Shown here: positions 1 to 13,493 of the stretch, piece after piece
How the letters are laid out: every line of letters begins with the position of its first letter
Numbering within the stretch: position 1 is the first letter of the stretch
Assembly (NCBI GenBank): GCA_026713705.1
Contig: JAPONY010000051.1
Coordinates: 1-62,014, forward strand
Direction: 5' to 3'
DNA length: 62,014 bases
Source: Gammaproteobacteria bacterium
GTDB lineage: Bacteria > Pseudomonadota > Gammaproteobacteria > Poriferisulfidales > Poriferisulfidaceae
Position numbers and translations under genes: made by a program
Notes under the pieces: model-generated
What the model saw: only the letters and a program-made list of their open reading frames with translations
What the model was told of the DNA's origin: nothing
Database searches by the model: none

Positions 1-154
1 ATCTTTACCCCTCTTGTGCAGTTGGAGAAAGGCACATTGTGGCAGGGGCGCGTCAAATCAGGGACACTTCAATCTTGCTATAATCCTTTGAAATACTTGG
101 CTCTTTGCTCTGTAGGCCGAAAGTTAACCGGACACTAGTGATGTTAAACGAAGT

Positions 155-1144
155 ATGCGTGTTCCATTCACATTACAGGCCGAATACATCTTTATTGAGA
201 AGAATCTATCGAACTACGAGCACCTAAACCAATACTTGTCAGAACAAGGCCTTACTCCCCGTTTTGACAAAGATATTCATTTATTACATGGTGAATTCAC
301 ACAGAAACTTGATGAAATTATCGCGCGCATTAAAAGGTCCCGGCGTTGTATTTTCTTGCTGGATCAATATGGGTATAGCGAGGTTCCATTTGGCGATATC
401 CGCGCCATTTTTCATAAGCTTCCTAATGCAGAAATAATCCTTACTTTTGCCACGGATTGGCTTATTGACTATATGGCTAACACACCTGAGTATTGGAAAG
501 CACTCCAACGTACTGGGATAGACCAAGTGTTGGATGTCGGCCGCCTGTTGGCAGAAAAGAGTGACAACAAAGACTGGAGGCGACTGGCTCAGTTTGAGCT
601 ACACCGTGTAATCAAGTCGCAGAGCAACGCGAAGCACTACACGCCTTTTTTCATTGTGTCCAAGGAAGCAAATCGAACATTTTGGCTTGTTCACTTGTCA
701 AACCACCCTCGTGCACGTGATGTTATGACAGAACTGCACTGGCGTTTAAAAAACCACTTCGCTCATTACGGCGGACCCGGGATACGAATGTTTGGCTATG
801 ACCCAGCAAAGGATGAACACGTAACCGGCGTAGCTGATCTATTTAGTGAAACCGAATATTCCTTTGACGAAACTGCGAAGAATAGAACTTTGCAAAGTAT
901 GGCCGTAGAACTTCCTGAGGTTATCCACCAGTCTCCGGATGGTATCCAATTCTCAGAACTTTACAGATTGATCGCTAACACTACACCAGCTACATCGCAA
1001 CATATCAAGGAAGCTATTACCCGTTTATCTGATGCAAAAGAATTAGAAATTCTAGGGCCCAATGGCGAACGTCGGCGCAAGGCAAACCGTGTGAGCAATG
1101 CCGATGTTTTGCGGCTTCCTCAACAGAAGACATTTACTTTTTAG
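155..1144 (+). pseudogene. Three-Cys-motif partner protein (TcmP-like, Rossmann MTase-like plus C-terminal wHTH), apparently 5'-truncated
   Basis: Motifs YIFIEK, FLLDQYGY and WLVHLSNHPRARDVM resemble TcmP-family proteins. The N-terminal KH..L..YL and DGFAGxG...GSP segment is absent, and there is an in-frame TAA at 125-127. Confidence 0.65.
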
Positions 1145-1188
1145 TGAGAATCACATACAAAGGTTACAAATTACGAATGAAACTAATC

Positions 1189-1446
1189 TTAGGTGTGATC
1201 CGATAGGGCGTTTACTATTTGTTCTGCTTGATGGGGCAAGAGGTATACCTCGATTGAATCTTGAAGAGGGATTGAAGCGCGGTCAGAATTATTTTTATCT
1301 GACGTCCGAAGATCGTAGTGTTCGAAAGACAGGCTAAGTCTCAATATAACATTGGAGGGGTTGTTTTTCTGTTGAAGAGGCGTTTCTTCCTTACGAGTCT
1401 TATTTGCACGGATTTCATGAATCTCACGTATAGCAAAAGTATGCAT
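1189..1446 (-). CDS. Hypothetical protein (~85 aa)
   Basis: ATG at 1446 preceded by GGAG; no recognisable motif. Confidence 0.45.
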   Translation of the reverse strand: MHTFAIREIHEIRANKTRKEETPLQQKNNPSNVILRLSLSFEHYDLRTSDKNNSDRASIPLQDSIEVYLLPHQAEQIVNALSDHT

Positions 1447-1481
1447 GACTGTTTCTCCGATGTTGTGTGGTTTGAAAAGAA

Positions 1482-1835
1482 TTAGCGACAGAAATACCAA
1501 GCAGTAGCGCCGTATTTACCTAGCGCTTGGTCTAATTGCGCTTTTGTTCCCGGCCAGTGTTTATCGCACTCGCCTTGTGCCGCTGCGTCCCATTCGGCTC
1601 TGGTTTCAGGCGTAAACGGCAGACTTCCCAGCCCACCAGAATATAACCTGATCTTGCCTGTCTCCCCGAAGTTCTTAATTCCAGTAGCCGAAGGCGGTAT
1701 GCAGCCCGCGACCAGCAGTCCTGCTATAGCGAGCATTGCATAAGCAGGCCGGAAGCAAACCCGCATCTCAGATTTTCTGTTTCCAGAAGTTTTTGCAACG
1801 GCTTGGCTCCACTCCTCAAATCTAGACTTCCGCAT
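1482..1835 (-). CDS. Hypothetical small lipoprotein
   Basis: Hydrophobic stretch ending in lipobox LVAG-C; two further Cys; the start could be 1835 or 1766. Confidence 0.55.
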   Translation of the reverse strand: MRKSRFEEWSQAVAKTSGNRKSEMRVCFRPAYAMLAIAGLLVAGCIPPSATGIKNFGETGKIRLYSGGLGSLPFTPETRAEWDAAAQGECDKHWPGTKAQLDQALGKYGATAWYFCR

Positions 1836-1900
1836 GGCGCATCCCCCTGTCTTGTAAGGCGATTTTACTAAACCAACGACAGGTCAAGCCATATTCCCAT

Positions 1901-1930
1901 AAAAAAAGCGCCGCACAAGTGCGGCGCTTT
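1901..1930 (-). terminator. Rho-independent terminator after fae
   Basis: Inverted repeat AAAGCGCCGCAC-AA-GTGCGGCGCTTT; the A-run at 1901-1907 gives a U-tract on the minus strand. Confidence 0.9.
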
Positions 1931-1948
1931 CTCGGGCATGATGCCTGA

Positions 1949-2473
1949 TTAGAAGCCCTGGAACGGATGGTCGGTGCTGTCCTTTTGGGAAAGCATGTCG
2001 TCCACGGTGGGAAATCCGTTTACGGCGTTGGCGATCGCCTGCTTGGTTGCTTTGTAATTGTTTTCATAGATCGCCGCATCGCTGTCAGCCTCCCAATGGA
2101 TGAACACGCCAACACAAACGTACAGGTTGCCGCTTTCTTCCTTCGGGATAACCCCAGCCTCAACTGAATCCGCAACAGCCATGGCGACAGCCTTCTGGGC
2201 GGGTCCGAACATCTGGACGGCCTGTTTGGCGCCCTTGATCGTGACCTTGTTGTACATCATGGTGTCCGGCTTACACTGAAGATTCGGTGCCACTACAGCG
2301 AGCAGTGTCGTGAATCCATCCTTGTTGTTGACCATACCGTTGCAAAAAGCCGTTTCCACGGCAGAGCCACGCGGGCCAATAAGAAGATCGATGTGAGCGA
2401 TTTCAGCCATTGTCCCCGAAGGGTCATTATCATTGACCAAAGCCTCTCCAACGAGAACTTTATCGATTGCCAT
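1949..2473 (-). CDS. fae: Formaldehyde-activating enzyme
   Basis: VGEALV...[19 protein letters not shown] and GVFIHWEA motifs; start refined to MAIDKV (ATG at 2473). Confidence 0.97.
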   Translation of the reverse strand: MAIDKVLVGEALVNDNDPSGTMAEIAHIDLLIGPRGSAVETAFCNGMVNNKDGFTTLLAVVAPNLQCKPDTMMYNKVTIKGAKQAVQMFGPAQKAVAMAVADSVEAGVIPKEESGNLYVCVGVFIHWEADSDAAIYENNYKATKQAIANAVNGFPTVDDMLSQKDSTDHPFQGF

Positions 2474-2526
2474 TGTTGATTTACTCCAGTTTTTGTTTTT
2501 TGTTTGCAAACAACGGATCCGTCAAA

Positions 2527-3462
2527 TCACACAGACGCACCCGGTGGGTTTCGGGAATTATCTCCCTGTGACAAGGACGTCCCGCCCTTGTCGTCACTCC
2601 ACCCGTCGAGCCGTGCGGCGAGAACCCCCGCTAGGGTCAGATCCGCCGTGGTCCCCGGGCTGAGACCGGAGCTTTTCAAAGAAGCATCCAGTTCCAGGAG
2701 CCTGGGCCGATAATTTTCCGGAGACTCAGCCCCGCAGAATTCATCGGCTAACTTTTTAATCTTACCACTAACTGACCTTGCTATCTCTTCGCCATGCACA
2801 CGAGCGATGTGAGAATCTGGATAACGACCGAGAAGAGTCAGAAAAACTCCGGCCATCGCCCACCGCTCATCGCCCCAGCGAAGGCACAGTGCTTCCCACT
2901 GTGGGCGGGCTTCATTGAAGATGATCGGAAACCCATCCCGATACTCCGCTGCGACCCGGTCCCGCTCAGCGGCCAAGGCCATGGCCTCACGCAACGCGAT
3001 CTTTGGGCGATCACGGACATCGGCTTGTGGCACCCGCCCTAGTCCTGCCGGCTTCATCAACTGGATGGCCCGGTATACGTCCCGCGCGTCGTCGACCGTA
3101 GTTTCAGCCAGGACCTCTTCCACTCGCTGATTTAGAACCGGAGGGTTTTCCCGGTAATAGGCGGAAACAAGCGGTGCGGTCAAGAGCAGGACACCGATAT
3201 TGGTATTACAGCCCGCCACGCTCCAACTTGCCCGGGCCGCTTCACGCACTCGGCGGCCCAAGCTCCAATCCGGATGGGTGATGAGCTCGGCCGCTGCTTG
3301 GGCGCTTCGTCGGAAGTCCTGAGTGGTCTTTCCGTGCCCCTCCCCGTGCAGCCCGACATTACCCGGCTTCAAGGCTTGCATATCTAGCAGGCAAGCGTAA
3401 AGGAACTGTCGCGAGGCAAAACGCCAGGGAGGATCGTAGTAGGCACGCAAGTACTTGGCCAT
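2527..3462 (-). CDS. CitG-like triphosphoribosyl-dephospho-CoA synthase homologue (orf7 of H4MPT clusters)
   Basis: KPGNV, NTNIG, PDSHIARVHG and SPGTTADL motifs; position in the cluster. Confidence 0.9.
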   Translation of the reverse strand: MAKYLRAYYDPPWRFASRQFLYACLLDMQALKPGNVGLHGEGHGKTTQDFRRSAQAAAELITHPDWSLGRRVREAARASWSVAGCNTNIGVLLLTAPLVSAYYRENPPVLNQRVEEVLAETTVDDARDVYRAIQLMKPAGLGRVPQADVRDRPKIALREAMALAAERDRVAAEYRDGFPIIFNEARPQWEALCLRWGDERWAMAGVFLTLLGRYPDSHIARVHGEEIARSVSGKIKKLADEFCGAESPENYRPRLLELDASLKSSGLSPGTTADLTLAGVLAARLDGWSDDKGGTSLSQGDNSRNPPGASV

Positions 3463-3474
3463 CGAAATCTCCGT

Positions 3475-4386
3475 TCAGGCAGGCGAAGCTCCTCCGTGGC
3501 AGTGGTCCAGAAATCCCTCGATCAGGAGATCCGCGATATTCTCCGAGTGTACCCCCTGTAAGCCTCGCCACGCCGGAATGCTGTTGACTTCGGTGACCCA
3601 AGCGGTCTCCTGCCGATCGCGCATCAGATCCACTCCAGCGTACGGCATCGCGACTGCAGCCACTGCACGCTCCGCCAACCGGGTCAATTCCGGCTCCAGC
3701 GGTGCTGGATGACCTTGACCGCCATTGGCAATGTTGCTAATCCAATCCTCGCCTTCCCTTCGCATGGTCGCCACCGCCTGGCCCTTGATGACCAGTCCCC
3801 GCCAGTCGCAGCTGCGGGACGCAATCGGTTCGATATATTCCTGCAGATAGTAGACTCCACGGGACAGATCATAATCGGGATGAGGGTCGTCTCGCGACAA
3901 AAGCTTTAACCCTTTGCCCTGAGAACCGAAAATGGGCTTTGCCACCACATGGCGGTGATTCTCGAACCAGTCGTGCAGGAACTCGCGCATCTGCCCAACA
4001 TCCCGTACCGCGAAAGTCCGAGGGGTTGGAACGCCATGGAGTGCAAACAGAAAACTGGCGCGGACTTTATCGACACTGCGCTCAATCGCGCCAGCATCGT
4101 TGTAGACTTGAATGCCCAAAGCTTCCAGGGCGTGCAGGATATCCAGATAGAAAATCACTTCTTCGAGGCTTCCCCCTGGCACCTCGCGGATAAACACTCC
4201 CGATGGCAGTTCGTCCTCAAAACCGGGAATGCCGATTTTTGGTGCGCCGTTTTGCACTTCCAGACGACATTCCTGCAAACGCACGAAGTCGCTTTCCAAG
4301 CCCTTGGCTTCCAGAGACCGACGCAGCTGGTGGCCGTGCCAGCCCGGCTGATCGGTCACGATGGCATAACGCCCGTGCGCGATCAT
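3475..4386 (-). CDS. RimK-family ATP-grasp glutamate ligase (orf5 of H4MPT clusters)
   Basis: KPIFGSQGKG, YLQEYI, GVDL and EVNSIPAW motifs; overlaps the mch stop. Confidence 0.9.
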   Translation of the reverse strand: MIAHGRYAIVTDQPGWHGHQLRRSLEAKGLESDFVRLQECRLEVQNGAPKIGIPGFEDELPSGVFIREVPGGSLEEVIFYLDILHALEALGIQVYNDAGAIERSVDKVRASFLFALHGVPTPRTFAVRDVGQMREFLHDWFENHRHVVAKPIFGSQGKGLKLLSRDDPHPDYDLSRGVYYLQEYIEPIASRSCDWRGLVIKGQAVATMRREGEDWISNIANGGQGHPAPLEPELTRLAERAVAAVAMPYAGVDLMRDRQETAWVTEVNSIPAWRGLQGVHSENIADLLIEGFLDHCHGGASPA

Positions 4387-5345
4387 TCCTTGAATGACTG
4401 CTCTAGTAAGTCGAGATCGATGGCGCCGGCGGAAAAGGAGCGACCCGTCCGGATATTGTTGACCAAAACCCGGGCCGGGCTGAACAGCATTGGATCGATC
4501 TGAAAGAAGTCGTGGTCATGCTCCTTGAAAACTTCAGCGAAGGGTTTGCCGTAATCTCGGGACGTACTGCTGGGCAACTCCGTGGCGAGCCGTTCCGCTT
4601 CCTCGTCGCTGGACTGGACGAACAGCTTGATCTGTCCACCGAACAGGATGGCGTCGTTGGTGCGGCCCATCATCCGCACCATGTCCGAATTATCCAGCGG
4701 CGGAATCGGCGCGCTGCCAATGCCGTCCACCACGCAGTTCAGGTCGAAACCCAATTCATGTGCCTTGTGCAGCCCGACCTCCAAGACCCGGCCGACCACC
4801 TGTACCGTTCCGGCGAGGCTTGTGGTGGGGGTCAGAATTAAAGTCAGGTTGTACGGTTCGACTCCACAATCCTGGCAGATTTTCTCGCGCACCGCGCGTG
4901 GCGGCACCTTGTCGACTTCCATCACCAACGTCGTGTAGATATATGAATCCTTGTAGCCGATCTTCTCGAACAAGTCTTCCTTTTGTGCCATGCTGCGGGC
5001 CGGTCCGGAACCCAGCGCATGAAACCCGCTTTCCTTGTCGCTTAGAGACCATCCCGCGTATTGGCTTGCCAGACAGGCCAAGACCGGATGCTGGGGGTGG
5101 ACGTGTATGGTGAGGGGCCACTCTGCCGACCCGCCATAGGTCAGCGTGGCCTGTCCCATCCCGCCCATGCAGATTTCCGCAATTTGGCGCCCTGCCTCGA
5201 TGCCTCCGATCGCATTAATGCCGGCATCCACCACCCAGACCCCTTCTTCCGTAGGGGATTCCACGATGCGCAGGCTCCATGCCTGATCAGACAGAGAGCG
5301 AACTAGAGGTTCAACCTGGCGGTTGAGGCTAATGGGCAACTTCAT
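4383..5345 (-). CDS. mch: Methenyltetrahydromethanopterin cyclohydrolase
   Basis: ACLASQYAGW, LGSGPAR, MGRTNDAILFGG and IDPMLFSPA motifs. Confidence 0.97.
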   Translation of the reverse strand: MKLPISLNRQVEPLVRSLSDQAWSLRIVESPTEEGVWVVDAGINAIGGIEAGRQIAEICMGGMGQATLTYGGSAEWPLTIHVHPQHPVLACLASQYAGWSLSDKESGFHALGSGPARSMAQKEDLFEKIGYKDSYIYTTLVMEVDKVPPRAVREKICQDCGVEPYNLTLILTPTTSLAGTVQVVGRVLEVGLHKAHELGFDLNCVVDGIGSAPIPPLDNSDMVRMMGRTNDAILFGGQIKLFVQSSDEEAERLATELPSSTSRDYGKPFAEVFKEHDHDFFQIDPMLFSPARVLVNNIRTGRSFSAGAIDLDLLEQSFKE

Positions 5346-6516
5346 GGGCTAGGCATCCGGAGGAAATCGAGTGGAGGGAATCGGGGTTTAGGAGTGTCAG
5401 AATTTGATGGTGAAGATCCTGCAGGCCGGCATGAGCCTCGTCTGCATCGTGGTAATGGCCTCGCACGGTACACAGGGGTTGCCCGGCATCAATACTGGTT
5501 TTGGCATTTGGCAGGTCGGCAGTTCCGGCCGGCCACGCCCAATTTTCCGCGCCAGCAACCGGGCATGGAGCATAGATGACCTGCATTCCCCGAACGTTCT
5601 GCCCCCGTTCTGAGGCGGGAGCCAAGTGTCCGTCCGGGTTTCCGGTGAGGCAGGTTTCAATGTGCGCGCTCATGTAGTCGGAGGTAAAAGAATCCGCGTA
5701 AAGCTCGCAGGTGGCCACCAATCTTGGATTAAGATCCACAACTTGTACTTCTTTCTTGGAATCAACTATAAAATCAATACCGCAGAGGCCGAGAAGATCA
5801 AGATCGCGTGCTAGGATTTGTGCCATCCATTGTACTTGCTTGAAAACCTTAGGCAAAACCTTGATCGGGCCGATTGCACCACTCCAGGCATAGGGCGCGT
5901 CTGCCTTTCCGGAAGGCAATAATTCGCTGATTCCGACGACTTGGGCTTTCCTTCCCCCTGCCAAGAACAGTGCAGAATGCGGTGTGCCGGCACATTGGCG
6001 CTGCCAATAGCAGGAACTCGGACTGTCTGGGGTTCGCGAGGCCGGATGCACGTGACATCCTCCCGAGCGCCCTTCTTTCTTGACCAGCCAGCCTTTCAGA
6101 GAATCCGGCAGCTGGCTTCGGGTTTCCGGGCCGGCTATCCCAAGTTTCGCAAAACGGTCCGACAACCGTACAGGGTCGGCACACAGGCGAATGGCATCGG
6201 GGGCATTGCCCAGAACCTGGGCGGAGGCTTGCAATCGCTCCAGCAGTTCCGGATGGGCTTCGAAGCCGGAACCGTAGGCCAGCAGATCCCCTGGACGGCT
6301 TCTCTTGGAGATGATTTCCAGGATTTCCAAAGGGAACTGGCCGTCTTCCAGAGTTGCTTGAGCAACCTCGTCGGCGTTCAGATCCGCATCGAGAAATCCA
6401 TCGACCGCCACAACCGGGCGCTGACGATGCATGGCCGCTTGCGCATGCGCCCGCGCCGAAGCAGACAGCAGGAACAGTTTTCTGCTATTCCGCGGCACAC
6501 TGACGCGCCACTTCAA
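5329..6516 (-). CDS. ATP-grasp protein (orfY of H4MPT clusters)
   Basis: SARA.A, DGFLDAD, GSGFE and GIDF...DLNPRL motifs; lies between mtdB and mch; the start may be the GTG near 6498. Confidence 0.8.
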   Translation of the reverse strand: MKWRVSVPRNSRKLFLLSASARAHAQAAMHRQRPVVAVDGFLDADLNADEVAQATLEDGQFPLEILEIISKRSRPGDLLAYGSGFEAHPELLERLQASAQVLGNAPDAIRLCADPVRLSDRFAKLGIAGPETRSQLPDSLKGWLVKKEGRSGGCHVHPASRTPDSPSSCYWQRQCAGTPHSALFLAGGRKAQVVGISELLPSGKADAPYAWSGAIGPIKVLPKVFKQVQWMAQILARDLDLLGLCGIDFIVDSKKEVQVVDLNPRLVATCELYADSFTSDYMSAHIETCLTGNPDGHLAPASERGQNVRGMQVIYAPCPVAGAENWAWPAGTADLPNAKTSIDAGQPLCTVRGHYHDADEAHAGLQDLHHQILTLLNPDSLHSISSGCLAHEVAH

Positions 6517-7384
6517 AGGCGTGTTCGAAATGGAAATAGACCGGTTCTTCCGTTTCCCGCATCTGTTGGAGCAACCGATGCTGGGTTTGATATTTCACAT
6601 TTCCGATGGCAAGCGCCCCAATGCCGACAGCCCCGCTCTGGGAATCCTCGATCGGGCTGGCGTCGTCCATCACCCCGAGGCCGTGAATGCCGGAAGGTGG
6701 GACTGCATTGACATCCGCCGCCACCTTCAGTTTCGGGGCATTCGACATCTGCTCCTTCGACACCAATTGGATCCCGGCAGCGGCCGATGCGAACACGACA
6801 TCGGTATCGCCCAGCAACTGGTCGAGCTGGTCGTTGGCTTCTCCGTCAACGGCCGGATCCGCACCGTATTTCTGGTTGCATAACTCAGCGGCTTGGTCGC
6901 TTTTCTCTTTCTTGCGTCCCAAGATGGTGACGCGGGCTCCCGCATTCGCAGCAATCACCGCTGCTGCCGAACCGACCGGTCCGGTCCCGCCAAGTGCCAG
7001 GATGCGCTGTCCCGAAAGCTCCGTGCCATGTGTATCGCGTAATGCTTTCTCAACTTTAGCGACCATGGCCGCTGCCGTCGTGAATGCCCCGCTGGGATCG
7101 GCAAACGCCGAGACCACGAACGGAGGAACCATGGATTTCTGGCAAACTTCCAGCGCTTCCATGGCTTGGTGCATGTCGCGCCCGCCGATAAACAAGCCGG
7201 TGCGCTTGACGCCATTCGGCCCCCGCGAGAAGATCGCGTCCTCCACCAGACCCTTAACTTCGTCAGTTTCCACCTGGATATAGGGGATACAGGCATCCCA
7301 GCCTGCGTCGTAGGCCATGTTGGCATCAAACGGACTCAGGTTCTTCGCCGAAGTCAGCATATGCAAAAGGTATTTTTTCTCCAT
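6485..7384 (-). CDS. mtdB: NAD(P)-dependent methylene-H4MPT dehydrogenase
   Basis: SPFDANMAYDAG, DAIFSRGP, ADPSGAFTTAAAM, GGTGPVG and DVNAVPP motifs. Confidence 0.95.
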   Translation of the reverse strand: MEKKYLLHMLTSAKNLSPFDANMAYDAGWDACIPYIQVETDEVKGLVEDAIFSRGPNGVKRTGLFIGGRDMHQAMEALEVCQKSMVPPFVVSAFADPSGAFTTAAAMVAKVEKALRDTHGTELSGQRILALGGTGPVGSAAAVIAANAGARVTILGRKKEKSDQAAELCNQKYGADPAVDGEANDQLDQLLGDTDVVFASAAAGIQLVSKEQMSNAPKLKVAADVNAVPPSGIHGLGVMDDASPIEDSQSGAVGIGALAIGNVKYQTQHRLLQQMRETEEPVYFHFEHAFEVARQCAAE

Positions 7385-7397
7385 GAAATTTCCTTCA

Positions 7398-8402
7398 TTA
7401 GGTTTTTGTTTGAGATCCCAGTTCTTTATAGTCGGATCCCGTTTCCTCCATTCCTGCCATGACGGTCAATTGATGGCCATGGTTGGAGGCGCCGACGATT
7501 CGGAGTTCCAGTCCTACATCAATAGGCTGAAGCTTCCGAACGAGTGCATGAGCCTGAGTTTCGCTGTCCGTCAAGATGAATCCAGTCGGACCCCAGGAAC
7601 TTTGCCCAACCCCTTGAAAACCAAGTTGTTTCGCTTGTTTCAGGAGGTGCCTGATATTCAGGTGTGAAAATTGCCCGCCTTGGGCAGGGGCGAAATAATC
7701 TCCGATCTTGTCCTGCAGTTCGCCGATCCCCTGGGCGAACCCTGACAAATCCGATTCCAGCAACGATGGCAGGATGCGCATGAGGATCAGGCGGCATAGA
7801 TGCGCCGCGTCCGAAGCGGGAAATTCGGGAAGAGTGCCAAAAGCCCGACGTTCTGCCTCTCCTGATAGTCCTTCTTTGTCGCTTCGCGCCATCAACAGCA
7901 CGATCCGCCAATGTTCAGGGAAAGGATGCCGAGCAATAATCGGCGGGAGCTGGTTGCCGTCCCCTCTTCCGCCATCGACCAGGAAACCGCCCTGCTCGAA
8001 CGAGCCAATACCGATCCCGGAACGTCCTCCCCGGGCAAGTTTCTCCGCAATTTCGTAGGGAGTCAGGCCCAATTTGAACAGGTGATTGATGGCGGTGCCG
8101 ACGGCCAGGGCCATCTGTGTGCCAGATCCTAGCCCCGCATGCTGCGGGATCGCCTGGCGAACCTCGATACTGACCGTATCCTCGCACCCCATCATGCTCA
8201 GCAGGCGCTGGGCATATTTGAGTGCGCGCTCTGAGTCAGGTCCTTTGGCGGAGAATTCCTTGCTGCGGGCACATTCCACGCAGGTCTGGATTTCATTCAG
8301 GCTGACCCCGACTCCGCCGAAACGCCGCCCGAGGTCTCCTTGGATATCCAGGAAACCGAGATGCAGACGCGCTGGCGCCTCGATTTGGATGATTTGATCC
8401 AC
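7398..8402 (-). CDS. mptG: Beta-ribofuranosylaminobenzene 5'-phosphate synthase (GHMP family)
   Basis: APARLHLGF, PQHAGLGSGTQ, RSGIG and GQSSWGPTG motifs. Confidence 0.93.
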   Translation of the reverse strand: MDQIIQIEAPARLHLGFLDIQGDLGRRFGGVGVSLNEIQTCVECARSKEFSAKGPDSERALKYAQRLLSMMGCEDTVSIEVRQAIPQHAGLGSGTQMALAVGTAINHLFKLGLTPYEIAEKLARGGRSGIGIGSFEQGGFLVDGGRGDGNQLPPIIARHPFPEHWRIVLLMARSDKEGLSGEAERRAFGTLPEFPASDAAHLCRLILMRILPSLLESDLSGFAQGIGELQDKIGDYFAPAQGGQFSHLNIRHLLKQAKQLGFQGVGQSSWGPTGFILTDSETQAHALVRKLQPIDVGLELRIVGASNHGHQLTVMAGMEETGSDYKELGSQTKT

Positions 8403-8444
8403 CTGTCGGCTTGGGAATGGTTGGCCGAAAAAGTATACAGGAAA

Positions 8445-12302
<3,858 letters not shown>

Positions 12303-12366
12303 GAATGCGATGGTTGGCGGATCGGTTCGTGCTGGCAGGCAGGGAACTCTACATCGTATTATCCCG

Positions 12367-12372
12367 TATAAT
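12367..12372 (+). promoter_or_regulatory. Sigma70 -10 box for ssrA
   Basis: Perfect TATAAT 15 nt upstream of the mature tmRNA 5' end. Confidence 0.6.
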
Positions 12373-12387
12373 GACCAGAGATGACTT

Positions 12388-12744
12388 GGGGGTGACCTGG
12401 CTTCGACGGCGGTTACTGAATCCAAGGCGCATGCCGAGGCGGCAACGACCTCGTAAAAAAGGGTTGCGAAAAAATAGTTGCCAACGACGACAACTACGCA
12501 CTAGCCGCTTAATCCCGGTTAGTCATCCTTTCGGGAGATGCTTGTGGACCCCGATATGGATGTCGACTACACAAGATCGCCGTTCGGTCTGTCTGGAGCT
12601 GAAAGGTTAAATTCAACATGCAGGCTGGTGGTCATCGGGCCTTGTCCGTCGGGTGTTGACCATAAGACTAAAGACGGTGCTAAGCATGTAGGGCCGAAGA
12701 GGATGAACTGCCGGACGCGGGTTCGATTCCCGCCACCTCCACCA
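12388..12744 (+). ncRNA. ssrA: tmRNA; tag ANDDNYALAA* at 12480-12512
   Basis: 5' GGGGGTGACCTGGCTTCGAC; 3' T-arm GGTTCGATTCCCGCCACCTCCACCA; internal tag reading frame ending in TAA. Confidence 0.98.
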
Positions 12745-12746
12745 CG

Positions 12747-13493
12747 TTATTGCTTTCTCGCTGCTTCAGCAGCTATATGACCAGCAAACTCTGTCACAAA
12801 AGTACCCAAGCTCGTCATTTCGCCCATTTCCGAGTATTTGCCGCTGTCCACAGCGTCCCGGGGAGACGTCAGCAGACACGCGGAGGAATACAACTGCTCC
12901 TGGATGAGTTTTTTACACAAGATGTGATATCGACCCGCATAGGTGGTGTCGCGGAAATCGTCGAAAACCGGGAAATGGTGAGACTGGTTCTTAACCGGCG
13001 TACGTGATTTGGGCGCATCTTCCAGCAACATCAACCAACCAAGGAAAGGACGCGGCTGTTCCCCGAAAGATCCTTCCCGGTATGCGGTCCATAGATCTAC
13101 GGCGGATCCGATTGCCTCTTCCGTTCGATTGTTGAAATTATTGCCGAATGAAGGTCCGACTTGTGATTTGAACTCCAGGGCCGCGATTAATCGATCATTC
13201 CGAAATACCAGAAAATCCCAAAGCTTGGTGGGCCGAAAGTAGCCAGGAAGAGTCAAGACACGGCCTTCATGCAATACGACCGCGTCGGACAGCCCATTTC
13301 GATAGACCAGTTCTTCCATTAAGGCCACAAAACCGTCCATGTTTTTCCCGGCCGTCACACCGGCCCGCTCCCCTTGGTCGGCTTTTCCGGTACTAATTTG
13401 CCGCTGTCGAGCCTTCTCGCGGCTAGCCCAGAACACTTGAACAGCACGTCGGGCTTTGGGCTCGTAGTTCGCAAGATCAAGAGGCATGGTCAA
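12747..13493 (-). CDS. PaeR7I/XhoI-family type II restriction endonuclease
   Basis: [29 protein letters not shown] and [23 protein letters not shown] motifs. Confidence 0.92.
   Translation of the reverse strand: MTMPLDLANYEPKARRAVQVFWASREKARQRQISTGKADQGERAGVTAGKNMDGFVALMEELVYRNGLSDAVVLHEGRVLTLPGYFRPTKLWDFLVFRNDRLIAALEFKSQVGPSFGNNFNNRTEEAIGSAVDLWTAYREGSFGEQPRPFLGWLMLLEDAPKSRTPVKNQSHHFPVFDDFRDTTYAGRYHILCKKLIQEQLYSSACLLTSPRDAVDSGKYSEMGEMTSLGTFVTEFAGHIAAEAARKQ

Noticed and set aside
12305-12780. ORFs 12305-12610 and 12538-12780, and the 5' extension of purL to 12425
   Set aside because: They overlap the tmRNA, which explains the sequence.
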